Below, in pieces: positions 23,633 to 36,300 of a DNA stretch of 64,000 nucleotides. The notes below the pieces were generated by a model. It was not told the DNA's origin. It saw only the letters and a program-made list of their open reading frames with translations, and ran no database searches. Source of the stretch: Eledone cirrhosa (lineage: Eukaryota); assembly GCA_964016885.1 (NCBI GenBank), contig OZ024748.1:29326001-29390000 (forward strand), read 5' to 3'. The position numbers and the translations under genes are program-made. Numbering within the stretch: position 1 is the stretch's first letter; every line of letters begins with the position of its first letter.

Positions 23633-26161
23633 ATCATCATCATCATCATCATCAGGTTTAGCGTCCGTGTTCCACGCTTGCATGGGTTTGGACGGGATTT
23701 TCCCACTTGAGGCAAGAGTGGTTGTCTTGCTCGCATAGGACTGTCTGGCGGGTTTTCTACAGTTGGATGCCCTTCCTAACACCAACCACATTTACAGTGT
23801 GGGGCTGGGAGGTTTTTACCGTGTTGCCTACACGGCCACATTACAGCGTGGACTGTCTGGCGGGTTTTCTACAGCTGGATGCCCTTCCTAACACCAACCA
23901 CATTTACAGTGTGGGGCTGGGAGGTTTTTACCGTGTTGCCTACACGGCCACATTTACAGCGTGGACTGTGTGTTTTTTGTCGTGACACCTACACGATCTC
24001 ATTTGTTTCGGCCTGGATGTTGTGGGACCAACATAACTGTACATTGAAAGGGGCGGTGTGGATGGGGTGGAGGTGGTGGGACGGGGGGGTGTTTTGATAG
24101 AGATGCCTACTGACTGTAGTAGGTTTTTACTTTGTATTTAGGTAAGGCGGGTCTTCTCTATTACTGAGTACCGCCAAAGGTCTCGGTCCAGTGACATTGT
24201 CTTGGAGAGGTGTAAGCGTGTGAGGTCGGAATTTATCAGCTCGTCCCATGTTTTTCTGGGTCTGCCTACTCCGTGGCTACCGTCTATCTTTATTGCCCTG
24301 CACTTTGTTATACAGCTGTCGTCTTTCATGCGCATCACGTGACCGTACCAACGTAGCCTTCTCTCGAGTAAACAACATCTGATCCCTCTTATTTCTAATT
24401 TTTTTCTTAGTTTGTTTATGCTTTGCCGTTCACGTATATTACTATTGCACATCCAGCGGAGCATGCAAGCTTCGTTCCTCTCTAGTCTGCGTATATCCTC
24501 TGCACACAATGCCCAGGTTTCACTGCCATGCAGCATTGCTGTTCGTATGCAGGCATCGTATAACCTGCCTTTCATTTTTGGGGAGAACCCTCTAGCGGCT
24601 AATAGTGGTATAAGCTCTCTGAACTTTTTCCATCCAGTTCTGACTCTAGCTACTGTACTTTCAGAGCACCCTCCCCCACTGCTGATTTTGTCACCCAGGT
24701 AACAGAAGCTGTCCACTATTTCTATAGAACCCTCTGCGCAGTTGAAGGAGCTAGTATTTTGTGGGCACTTCCTGCTACTTATTGCACCAGAGCACCGGCC
24801 ACATGTAAAATCTATGTTCTTAGTTAGCTTACCTGTGATCCCACTACATCTTTTATGCACCCATACTTTGCATTTGGGACACAAAATGGAGTTTCTACCT
24901 ACGCCTTTCCTACACATTGAGCATGGCCATTTCCCAGATGGGACTGCCGCCATATTTTCTTTCCTACAAACTAGAACTTTTGTCTTAGCCAGGTTAATTT
25001 TAAGGCCTTTTGATTCTAGGCCGTGCTTCCATGTTTGGAATTTCTTCTCTAGTTCGGTCATTGATTCAGCTATGAGCGTTAGATCATCTGCGTATAGGAG
25101 TTCCCATGGGCAGTCGGTCTTGAACTCCTCTGTTATAGCCTGAAGGGCAATAATAAATAGTAGGGGGCTAAGAACAGAGCCCTGATGGACACCAACTTTT
25201 ACGCTAAACTCTTCACTATATTCGTTGTTAATTCTAACCTTACTGACTGTTTCTTTATACATGGCTTGTATAGCTCTCACAAGCCATTCGTCAACACCTA
25301 GTTTTCTAAGAGACCACCAGATAATGGAACGGGGGACTCTGTCGAAGGCTTTCTCCAAGTCGACGAAAGCTAAGTATAGGGGTTTACTTTTAGCTAGGTA
25401 CTTCTCCTGTAGTTGTCGTACAATGAAAAGAGCGTCTGTGGTACTTTTGCCTGACACAAATCCGAACTGCATTTCATCTAGATCAATTCCCTCTCTGATT
25501 AGTTGCGCTATTACTTTTTCCGTGACCTTCATGACCTGGTCGATTAATTTAATGCCTCTATAATTACTCCTATCTAGGGCATCTCCTTTTCCCTTATAGC
25601 AGTTAACGATGATGCTGCTACGCCAGTCCTTCGGAACAACCCCATTCTGTACGACTTGGTTAACTATCCGGGTGACCATGGTGTGTCCCACCGAACCAGA
25701 TGCCTTCAGCATCTCAGCAACTATTTCCGAAGGACCAGCCGCCTTACCCGTCTTCATATCTTTGATTGCCTTGCTTATTGTACTACCCTGGACTAACACT
25801 GCTGGTCCCTCTATTGGGTCGATGTGGGGGAGACTGTCTTTCTCCTATTTGTTCTCCTCATTTAGAAGCCTTTCGTAGTGACACTTCCAAGCTACCTTCT
25901 TATCAGCGTCGGTGATGGCAAGTATGCCATCATCGTTAAGCACACACTTCTCCCCGACAATATCACGGTTTTCCTTGACACATTGCCTGGCAATCCTGAA
26001 CACCTCACGTTTTTGGTCCTCACGTTGTAGAACATGCTTGAACTTTCTTTCCTCTGCTTCCCTTCTTGCGAAGTACACTTGTCTCCTAGCTTCCCTCCTG
26101 GCTACCTGATAGTCTTCTCTACTTCCCCCATCCCGCCATGCGGGATGGGGGAAGTAGAGAA
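23633..26161 (-). mobile_element. RTE family A, 5'-truncated, with terminal fold-back and duplicated 3' UTR segment
   Basis: ORFs 24138-25799 and 25845-26078 (premature stop); (GAT)n tail; ~112-bp tandem duplication at 23739-23963; 22-bp palindrome at the 5' end. Confidence 0.93.
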
Positions 26162-26191
26162 TATATATGTATATATATAATATATATATAT

Positions 26192-26256
<65 letters not shown>

Positions 26257-26494
26257 ATTTATATATATATATATATATAATTTATATATATATATATATA
26301 ATTTATATATATATATATTATAATTTATATATATATATATATAATTTATATATATATATAATATATATAATACATATATATATATATAATACATATATAT
26401 ATATATAATATATATAATACATATATATATATATAATATATATAATATATATATAATATATATAATATATATATATATATATATAATATATATA

Positions 26495-26532
<38 letters not shown>

Positions 26533-26787
26533 TTGCGAGGTTTTTTATATGAAATCGTGTGTCGAAACAGATATTGTTATATTTGGGGAGGGTCATATTT
26601 GCGTAATATTGCCAGAATTAATAACAGAACACACTCACTGTTTGGTTGGTTTTCGCTTCTCGCTGTCTTTTATATATATATATCTGCGATCTAACTTACT
26701 CGGTCCTCAATGTTGCCATTGACTGACCGGCGGTCAAAAATAAAATAATACAGATACAATATAGACAAACACATATATATATAGTTT

Positions 26788-26829
26788 ACATAAATCTTTC
26801 ATTGCACATCTGCAACATCGTCAGTGGTG
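26788..26829 (-). ncRNA. PLE pLTR minimal hammerhead (stem II G-C changed to G-U by the variant at 26801)
   Basis: Reverse complement of the 33072-33113 motif with one substitution. Confidence 0.6.
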
Positions 26830-27097
26830 TTATATTCATTGTTCCTCCTGTTGTGTTGTATGTCTACGCCATTTTTTTTTGTTCAGTCCGTCTATATATT
26901 TATTTATTTATTTGCTTGTTTGTTTATCTTATTTTATTTTGTCTTCTTTGCGCATGCGTTTGCGTGTGTGTATAGTGTTATGTGTGATGTGTGACTAGTG
27001 TGTATAGTGTTGTGTCTGCTGGGTGACTAGTGTGTGTTTATGTGCTTGTGTATGTATTTATTTATCTTATTTTATTTAATTTAATTTACTTATTTAT

Positions 27098-30000
27098 TTA
27101 TACTTCTCTTAGGTCAGTGTTGTTTGTTTGGGTGTTGTTGTTGTTCCACTCATTCTTTCTGTTTAGCTTTGGTCTTCTAATTTCTATTTCACTGGCCTCT
27201 CTGATTTGCCTATCTGCTGGGTCATTCCTATGTTTAGATATTATTCTAATTTCTATGTTGTCTATGTTACCGTCATGATGTTGTCTAGCATGTTCGTATA
27301 GTACTGACCCGTTTTTTCGTCCTTTTAGTTCCCCCCAGTGTTGGTCTATCCTTTCACCTATGCTACGAGCTGTCTCACCTATGTATGTTGTTGTCGTGTT
27401 TCTGCAAGTACCCTCTGTACATCTTATGCTATAGACTACGTTTCTAGTTTTACAGTTTATCCGGGGGTTCACCTTACATATGATACATTTCCTATTGGTA
27501 CAGTGGGTTTTCTTAAAAGGGTAGGTTTTGCTGATCAGGGATTTTATGGTGGTTCCTGGCTTTTCTACCACCTTTATTTTTAAGTGGGTCTTTCTCAGGG
27601 CCTTTCTACACTGGTTAGCTAATTTCCCTCCAGGGGTGGCGTCCACAAACATGACACTCTGATATCTCTGGTTGTCGTACCATGATGTGGCCTTCCCTAT
27701 CTTATGTCTAGCCCTATCTAAGCTATTCCATGATTTGCTCCTGTATAGTGGGCAAATTCCTTTCATGTCCAGTTCTATGAGGGTCTTATACTTTTCCATG
27801 GCTCCTTCGTATACTCTGACTCTGTCTCTTTGGTTGTAGCCAGAGAACTGCATGCGGTTGATGAAGTGTTGGATGTGTCCTTCCATTTCTGTTGGGTCGC
27901 ACATGCTGGACACATTCTTCATCACTCGTACCAAATCTGCGATCAGAATATTAAACTTAGCACTACTGGACATTGCTGAGTTTTTGAGTATCAGGTATTT
28001 GGAGGCCATGGGTTTAGCATAGTGTGAGTGGAGAATTTGGGCTCTCTCGTCTATAGTGTTAATCCAGAGTTCTGTGTCTAATACAGGTAGTCTATTGTTA
28101 GGGTGTTTGGAAGGGAAGTCTATAGTTACAGTTATACTCTGGTGTATGGAATTAGCTATCTGCTGGATGCTTTCCATCGTGCTACGTTCTAAATCAAACT
28201 TGTTAGTGCTCTCTAGTGGGGGTGTTCTTATAACTATATTGATATCGTCTACATAACGAGAGTACATGATGAGGTCTATGGAGCTTTCATTAAGGAGATC
28301 TTTAAGTCTCCTTTCCCACCATACCATGAAAAGGTTGGCAACATCGCCAGCTATGCTGACGCCGATGGCTGCTCCCTCATTTTGGGTGTAGATTTTCTCA
28401 TTGAACTTAAATATGTGGCCCTTTAGGGTAGTTTTGATACTAGCCCCTATTGCATGTGCGACCATTTTTCTTACCTGATCAGTGTTTTGGGGGGTCCGTA
28501 TAGCTTTGGTCCACCCAATCCACCTTCCTATGGGAGTCTTTTTAGCCATTGAGGTTATGGTGGGGGGTCTACCTCTTATAGGTCTACTAGGGCAGAAACA
28601 TCTAAGGTCATGGCTGTCTAGGTAGTCAGTGTCGTAGGTAAGTCTAAGTAGGAGGCCCAGTTCGTCTGTGTCGACGTCGCAGAACTCCACCTCACTCTCA
28701 ATGATCATCTCCACACATCTTTTCACAGCAAAATCAATGTTAATGGATGGGTACAGTGACACCACATCCATGCTGCCTATTATGCAGTTGGATAGGCTCC
28801 TGTTTTTGTTGCACTCACTGATTCTGCTGAGGAGGTCCTCTGTACTTTCACATACATCTGGGGACATCTTGATTATGGGGCGTATAACCATTGAGAGGAA
28901 GTAGGAGATCCTGTAGTTGCTAGCTATATTAGCTCCGCATACAGGTCTTGTTGTCGGGTCGTCGACTGTCTTGTGGTCTTTGCGGAGCCCATACAAGGGT
29001 GGTATGCCATTGTTAGACGCCTGGAAGTTGTTGGCAGTGCGTCTGCTTGGCTTTAGGATGTCAGTCCACATCATCATGTGAGCGTTGAGGATTTTTTCTC
29101 TCCCATCGTGTGTTAGTTGTGCAACTTCGCTCGTGTTGGTGATGTGGGGTTGCATTGCCTCGATGTAGTTCGGCATGCTATCTATTGACATCCTACCAGA
29201 CTTATCTGTGGGTAGACACACTACCTCACCATCCCTTGTGCGCTGCTTGAGGCTAACCAAGCCTTCTACAGGTTTTATCCCAAGTTGTTGGGCCTCTGGT
29301 CTGCTCTGTCTCATAGTGTACCTGTCTACTACTTGTCTAATCTTATTTCTAGCTATGGTGAACTGTGCCTCCGTCTCGTCATCTATTTGTTGTGGTATGC
29401 AAACTCTTTTATTAAAGGGTAACCTCGTAGGATAGATATTACCCATCTTATATGTTTTGTCAGCTGGGTTGAAAAATAGTTTCTCTAAGGGGTTGTCGTT
29501 ATTTCTATCGTCATAGTTGTGTGTGTTGCTATTATTATTATCATGGTGGTTGTTGTTGTTTCTATCATTAGCATTAATATTATTATTGTTATGATTGCTA
29601 GATGTATTGTTGTTTACTTCACCGTTATTGTTGTTGTTGTTACTGCTATTTCTACCATTGTGGTTGTTACTATTATTATGTTTCTTGTTTTTGTTGATGT
29701 TGCTACATGTACTATTTCCATTATTACCACTGTGGTTATTGTTGTTGTTGTTGTTCGTATTGTTACCGTTATTACTACTGTGGTCACTGTTGCTGTGTCT
29801 GTGGTTAACGTTTCTATTATTATTATTATTGTGGTTGTTGTTGTTCTGTCTATCGCTAGTATTATTACCATTATCACTATTTCTCACTTTCCTGCCATTG
29901 TTATGGTTATGGCTGTTATTTCTATACCCAGAGTTATTGTTTATATTACTACTACCGTTATTATTGTTGTTGTTGTTTACCTTTGCATTCCAACGTATTT

Positions 30001-30718
30001 TTGTGAAACACTTTTCCAGTTCCGTTTTGCATTCCATAGGGTTAATCTTTTTGTAGATGGCAAATTTTGGTGGTAACTTTAGGATTTGTTGTTCTTGTTC
30101 ACTGATTAAAGTGTTCCCATAGATATTTACTGTGTGGTCATTGGTAAATTCTTCCGGTAGTTTTACATCACTCATACGGATGTTGTCGATGTTATCTGGG
30201 TATTTTTGAGAATATTCGATTTTCCTTTCTTGTAGTTTTTTCTTATTCATCCATTCTAATTTCTTCTTGAAATGCCTACAGCATTCGTTTTGAGCATATT
30301 TCGTTTCGCGTCGGATGACGCTCATGAAGTCATCTCTCTCGTTTGCTGTGATGAGATTTCGGATTTCCTTACCGTTGATGCGTTTTTGTCTGTAGAGTGC
30401 GTTGACTTTTGTGTATGTTGTTCTTTTCATATTAACTGTTATTGTGTGTTTTAGCCGTTCAGCTTGTGTTTTGTTCAATAATAAATTATTTACTTGTTTT
30501 GATATGTTTGTTGTGTATGTTTTGGAGGAAACACAGTGTTTTAAGAAGCGGATTTGTTCTGTTGTTATTGTAGTTTTTATATAACAGAAAACAGTGTCTT
30601 TCAATAACCTTTCAGCTTGGCACAAGCTAATGCCATAGCGGCGATGAATTAGTTTTGCGAGGTTTTTTATATGAAATCGTGTGTCGAAACAGATATTGTT
30701 ATATTTGGGGAGGGTCAT
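27098..30718 (-). CDS. PLE polyprotein: N-terminal domain, Asn-rich insert, RT, Zn knuckle, GIY-YIG endonuclease (1206 aa, intact)
   Basis: PTDKSG, LYGLRKDHK..RPV, SMDVVSLYPSI, QNEGAAIG, RYVDD, CTNRKCIIC, NVVYSIRC..YIGETARS..R..H. Confidence 0.95.
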   Translation of the reverse strand: MTLPKYNNICFDTRFHIKNLAKLIHRRYGISLCQAERLLKDTVFCYIKTTITTEQIRFLKHCVSSKTYTTNISKQVNNLLLNKTQAERLKHTITVNMKRTTYTKVNALYRQKRINGKEIRNLITANERDDFMSVIRRETKYAQNECCRHFKKKLEWMNKKKLQERKIEYSQKYPDNIDNIRMSDVKLPEEFTNDHTVNIYGNTLISEQEQQILKLPPKFAIYKKINPMECKTELEKCFTKIRWNAKVNNNNNNNGSSNINNNSGYRNNSHNHNNGRKVRNSDNGNNTSDRQNNNNHNNNNNRNVNHRHSNSDHSSNNGNNTNNNNNNNHSGNNGNSTCSNINKNKKHNNSNNHNGRNSSNNNNNNGEVNNNTSSNHNNNNINANDRNNNNHHDNNNSNTHNYDDRNNDNPLEKLFFNPADKTYKMGNIYPTRLPFNKRVCIPQQIDDETEAQFTIARNKIRQVVDRYTMRQSRPEAQQLGIKPVEGLVSLKQRTRDGEVVCLPTDKSGRMSIDSMPNYIEAMQPHITNTSEVAQLTHDGREKILNAHMMMWTDILKPSRRTANNFQASNNGIPPLYGLRKDHKTVDDPTTRPVCGANIASNYRISYFLSMVIRPIIKMSPDVCESTEDLLSRISECNKNRSLSNCIIGSMDVVSLYPSINIDFAVKRCVEMIIESEVEFCDVDTDELGLLLRLTYDTDYLDSHDLRCFCPSRPIRGRPPTITSMAKKTPIGRWIGWTKAIRTPQNTDQVRKMVAHAIGASIKTTLKGHIFKFNEKIYTQNEGAAIGVSIAGDVANLFMVWWERRLKDLLNESSIDLIMYSRYVDDINIVIRTPPLESTNKFDLERSTMESIQQIANSIHQSITVTIDFPSKHPNNRLPVLDTELWINTIDERAQILHSHYAKPMASKYLILKNSAMSSSAKFNILIADLVRVMKNVSSMCDPTEMEGHIQHFINRMQFSGYNQRDRVRVYEGAMEKYKTLIELDMKGICPLYRSKSWNSLDRARHKIGKATSWYDNQRYQSVMFVDATPGGKLANQCRKALRKTHLKIKVVEKPGTTIKSLISKTYPFKKTHCTNRKCIICKVNPRINCKTRNVVYSIRCTEGTCRNTTTTYIGETARSIGERIDQHWGELKGRKNGSVLYEHARQHHDGNIDNIEIRIISKHRNDPADRQIREASEIEIRRPKLNRKNEWNNNNTQTNNTDLREV

Positions 30719-30909
30719 ATTTGCGTAATATTGCCAGAATTAATAACAGAACACACTCACTGTTTGGTTGGTTTTCGCTTCTCGCTGTCTTTTATATATA
30801 TATATCTGCGATCTAACTTACTCGGTCCTCAATGTTGCCATTGACTGACCGGCGGTCAAAAATAAAATAATACAGATACAATATAGACAAACACATATAT
30901 ATATAGTTT

Positions 30910-30951
30910 ACATAAATCTTTCGTTGCACATCTGCAACATCGTCAGTGGTG
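30910..30951 (-). ncRNA. PLE pLTR minimal hammerhead
   Basis: Reverse complement of 33072-33113. Confidence 0.65.
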
Positions 30952-31219
30952 TTATATTCATTGTTCCTCCTGTTGTGTTGTATGTCTACGCCATTTTTTT
31001 TTGTTCAGTCCGTCTATATATTTATTTATTTATTTGCTTGTTTGTTTATCTTATTTTATTTTGTCTTCTTTGCGCATGCGTTTGCGTGTGTGTATAGTGT
31101 TATGTGTGATGTGTGACTAGTGTGTATAGTGTTGTGTCTGCTGGGTGACTAGTGTGTGTTTATGTGCTTGTGTATGTATTTATTTATCTTATTTTATTTA
31201 ATTTAATTTACTTATTTAT

Positions 31220-32632
31220 TTATACTTCTCTTAGGTCAGTGTTGTTTGTTTGGGTGTTGTTGTTGTTCCACTCATTCTTTCTGTTTAGCTTTGGTCTTCT
31301 AATTTCTATTTCACTGGCCTCTCTGATTTGCCTATCTGCTGGGTCATTCCTATGTTTAGATATTATTCTAATTTCTATGTTGTCTATGTTACCGTCATGA
31401 TGTTGTCTAGCATGTTCGTATAGTACTGACCCGTTTTTTCGTCCTTTTAGTTCCCCCCAGTGTTGGTCTATCCTTTCACCTATGCTACGAGCTGTCTCAC
31501 CTATGTATGTTGTTGTCGTGTTTCTGCAAGTACCCTCTGTACATCTTATGCTATAGACTACGTTTCTAGTTTTACAGTTTATCCGGGGGTTCACCTTACA
31601 TATGATACATTTCCTATTGGTACAGTGGGTTTTCTTAAAAGGGTAGGTTTTGCTGATCAGGGATTTTATGGTGGTTCCTGGCTTTTCTACCACCTTTATT
31701 TTTAAGTGGGTCTTTCTCAGGGCCTTTCTACACTGGTTAGCTAATTTCCCTCCAGGGGTGGCGTCCACAAACATGACACTCTGATATCTCTGGTTGTCGT
31801 ACCATGATGTGGCCTTCCCTATCTTATGTCTAGCCCTATCTAAGCTATTCCATGATTTGCTCCTGTATAGTGGGCAAATTCCTTTCATGTCCAGTTCTAT
31901 GAGGGTCTTATACTTTTCCATGGCTCCTTCGTATACTCTGACTCTGTCTCTTTGGTTGTAGCCAGAGAACTGCATGCGGTTGATGAAGTGTTGGATGTGT
32001 CCTTCCATTTCTGTTGGGTCGCACATGCTGGACACATTCTTCATCACTCGTACCAAATCTGCGATCAGAATATTAAACTTAGCACTACTGGACATTGCTG
32101 AGTTTTTGAGTATCAGGTATTTGGAGGCCATGGGTTTAGCATAGTGTGAGTGGAGAATTTGGGCTCTCTCGTCTATAGTGTTAATCCAGAGTTCTGTGTC
32201 TAATACAGGTAGTCTATTGTTAGGGTGTTTGGAAGGGAAGTCTATAGTTACAATTATACTCTGGTGTATGGAATTAGCTATCTGCTGGATGCTTTCCATC
32301 GTGCTACGTTCTAAATCAAACTTGTTAGTGCTCTCTAGTGGGGGTGTTCTTATAACTATATTGATATCGTCTACATAACGAGAGTACATGATGAGGTCTA
32401 TGGAGCTTTCATTAAGGAGATCTTTAAGTCTCCTTTCCCACCATACCATGAAAAGGTTGGCAACATCGCCAGCTATGCTGACGCCGATGGCTGCTCCCTC
32501 ATTTTGGGTGTAGATTTTCTCATTGAACTTAAATATGTGGCCCTTTAGGGTAGTTTTGATACTAGCCCCTATTGCATGTGCGACCATTTTTCTTACCTGA
32601 TCAGTGTTTTGGGGGGTCCGTATAGCTTTGGT
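31220..32632 (-). pseudogene. 5'-truncated third copy of the PLE ORF (RT C-half plus GIY-YIG)
   Basis: Matches the C-terminal ~470 aa of the 1206-aa ORF with one aa change; truncated at the inversion junction. Confidence 0.9.
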
Positions 32633-33071
32633 AACATAGACAACATAGAAATTAGAATAATATCTAAACATAGGAATGACCCAGCAGATAGGCAAATCAG
32701 AGAGGCCAGTGAAATAGAAATTAGAAGACCAAAGCTAAACAGAAAGAATGAGTGGAACAACAACAACACCCAAACAAACAACACTGACCTAAGAGAAGTA
32801 TAAATAAATAAGTAAATTAAATTAAATAAAATAAGATAAATAAATACATACACAAGCACATAAACACACACTAGTCACCCAGCAGACACAACACTATACA
32901 CACTAGTCACACATCACACATAACACTATACACACACGCAAACGCATGCGCAAAGAAGACAAAATAAAATAAGATAAACAAACAAGCAAATAAATAAATA
33001 AATATATAGACGGACTGAACAAAAAAAAATGGCGTAGACATACAACACAACAGGAGGAACAATGAATATAA

Positions 33072-33113
33072 CACCACTGACGATGTTGCAGATGTGCAAC
33101 GAAAGATTTATGT
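33072..33113 (+). ncRNA. PLE pLTR minimal hammerhead
   Basis: CA-CTGACGA-T-GTTGCA(GATG)TGCAAC-GAAA-GATT-TA-TG; self-complementary stem III AGATTT; weak stem I; same position as the 4317 hammerhead in the related family. Confidence 0.65.
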
Positions 33114-33304
33114 AAACTATATATATATGTGTTTGTCTATATTGTATCTGTATTATTTTATTTTTGACCGCCGGTCAGTCAATGGCAACATTGAGGACCG
33201 AGTAAGTTAGATCGCAGATATATATATATAAAAGACAGCGAGAAGCGAAAACCAACCAAACAGTGAGTGTGTTCTGTTATTAATTCTGGCAATATTACGC
33301 AAAT

Positions 33305-36300
33305 ATGACCCTCCCCAAATATAACAATATCTGTTTCGACACACGATTTCATATAAAAAACCTCGCAAAACTAATTCATCGCCGCTATGGCATTAGCTTG
33401 TGCCAAGCTGAAAGGTTATTGAAAGACACTGTTTTCTGTTATATAAAAACTACAATAACAACAGAACAAATCCGCTTCTTAAAACACTGTGTTTCCTCCA
33501 AAACATACACAACAAACATATCAAAACAAGTAAATAATTTATTATTGAACAAAACACAAGCTGAACGGCTAAAACACACAATAACAGTTAATATGAAAAG
33601 AACAACATACACAAAAGTCAACGCACTCTACAGACAAAAACGCATCAACGGTAAGGAAATCCGAAATCTCATCACAGCAAACGAGAGAGATGACTTCATG
33701 AGCGTCATCCGACGCGAAACGAAATATGCTCAAAACGAATGCTGTAGGCATTTCAAGAAGAAATTAGAATGGATGAATAAGAAAAAACTACAAGAAAGGA
33801 AAATCGAATATTCTCAAAAATACCCAGATAACATCGACAACATCCGTATGAGTGATGTAAAACTACCGGAAGAATTTACCAATGACCACACAGTAAATAT
33901 CTATGGGAACACTTTAATCAGTGAACAAGAACAACAAATCCTAAAGTTACCACCAAAATTTGCCATCTACAAAAAGATTAACCCTATGGAATGCAAAACG
34001 GAACTGGAAAAGTGTTTCACAAAAATACGTTGGAATGCAAAGGTAAACAACAACAACAATAATAACGGTAGTAGTAATATAAACAATAACTCTGGGTATA
34101 GAAATAACAGCCATAACCATAACAATGGCAGGAAAGTGAGAAATAGTGATAATGGTAATAATACTAGCGATAGACAGAACAACAACAACCACAATAATAA
34201 TAATAATAGAAACGTTAACCACAGACACAGCAACAGTGACCACAGTAGTAATAACGGTAACAATACGAACAACAACAACAACAATAACCACAGTGGTAAT
34301 AATGGAAATAGTACATGTAGCAACATCAACAAAAACAAGAAACATAATAATAGTAACAACCACAATGGTAGAAATAGCAGTAACAACAACAACAATAACG
34401 GTGAAGTAAACAACAATACATCTAGCAATCATAACAATAATAATATTAATGCTAATGATAGAAACAACAACAACCACCATGATAATAATAATAGCAACAC
34501 ACACAACTATGACGATAGAAATAACGACAACCCCTTAGAGAAACTATTTTTCAACCCAGCTGACAAAACATATAAGATGGGTAATATCTATCCTACGAGG
34601 TTACCCTTTAATAAAAGAGTTTGCATACCACAACAAATAGATGACGAGACGGAGGCACAGTTCACCATAGCTAGAAATAAGATTAGACAAGTAGTAGACA
34701 GGTACACTATGAGACAGAGCAGACCAGAGGCCCAACAACTTGGGATAAAACCTGTAGAAGGCTTGGTTAGCCTCAAGCAGCGCACAAGGGATGGTGAGGT
34801 AGTGTGTCTACCCACAGATAAGTCTGGTAGGATGTCAATAGATAGCATGCCGAACTACATCGAGGCAATGCAACCCCACATCACCAACACGAGCGAAGTT
34901 GCACAACTAACACACGATGGGAGAGAAAAAATCCTCAACGCTCACATGATGATGTGGACTGACATCCTAAAGCCAAGCAGATGCACTGCCAACAACTTCC
35001 AGGCGTCTAACAATGGCATACCACCCTTGTATGGGCTCCGCAAAGACCACAAGACAGTCGACGACCCGACAACAAGACCTGTATGCGGAGCTAATATAGC
35101 TAGCAACTACAGGATCTCCTACTTCCTCTCAATGGTTATACGCCCCATAATCAAGATGTCCCCAGATGTATGTGAAAGTACAGAGGACCTCCTCAGCAGA
35201 ATCAGTGAGTGCAACAAAAACAGGAGCCTATCCAACTGCATAATAGGCAGCATGGATGTGGTGTCACTGTACCCATCCATTAACATTGATTTTGCTGTGA
35301 AAAGATGTGTGGAGATGATCATTGAGAGTGAGGTGGAGTTCTGCGACGTCGACACAGACGAACTGGGCCTCCTACTTAGACTTACCTACGACACTGACTA
35401 CCTAGACAGCCATGACCTTAGATGTTTCTGCCCTAGTAGACCTATAAGAGGTAGACCCCCCACCATAACCTCAATGGCTAAAAAGACTCCCATAGGAAGG
35501 TGGATTGGGTGGACCAAAGCTATACGGACCCCCCAAAACACTGATCAGGTAAGAAAAATGGTCGCACATGCAATAGGGGCTAGTATCAAAACTACCCTAA
35601 AGGGCCACATATTTAAGTTCAATGAGAAAATCTACACCCAAAATGAGGGAGCAGCCATCGGCGTCAGCATAGCTGGCGATGTTGCCAACCTTTTCATGGT
35701 ATGGTGGGAAAGGAGACTTAAAGATCTCCTTAATGAAAGCTCCATAGACCTCATCATGTACTCTCGTTATGTAGACGATATCAATATAGTTATAAGAACA
35801 CCCCCACTAGAGAGCACTAACAAGTTTGATTTAGAACGTAGCACGATGGAAAGCATCCAGCAGATAGCTAATTCCATACACCAGAGTATAACTGTAACTA
35901 TAGACTTCCCTTCCAAACACCCTAACAATAGACTACCTGTATTAGACACAGAACTCTGGATTAACACTATAGACGAGAGAGCCCAAATTCTCCACTCACA
36001 CTATGCTAAACCCATGGCCTCCAAATACCTGATACTCAAAAACTCAGCAATGTCCAGTAGTGCTAAGTTTAATATTCTGATCGCAGATTTGGTACGAGTG
36101 ATGAAGAATGTGTCCAGCATGTGCGACCCAACAGAAATGGAAGGACACATCCAACACTTCATCAACCGCATGCAGTTCTCTGGCTACAACCAAAGAGACA
36201 GAGTCAGAGTATACGAAGGAGCCATGGAAAAGTATAAGACCCTCATAGAACTGGACATGAAAGGAATTTGCCCACTATACAGGAGCAAATCATGGAATAG

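Noticed and set aside
29519-30076. Hydrophobic V/I/L-rich ORFs resembling membrane proteins (also 33947-34504)
   Set aside because: Antisense and alternative frames of the AAC/AAT Asn-rich tract.
31220-32803. 491-aa and 75-aa ORFs crossing the inversion junction as novel genes
   Set aside because: Their N-termini are antisense sequence of the opposite arm; they are by-products of the junction.
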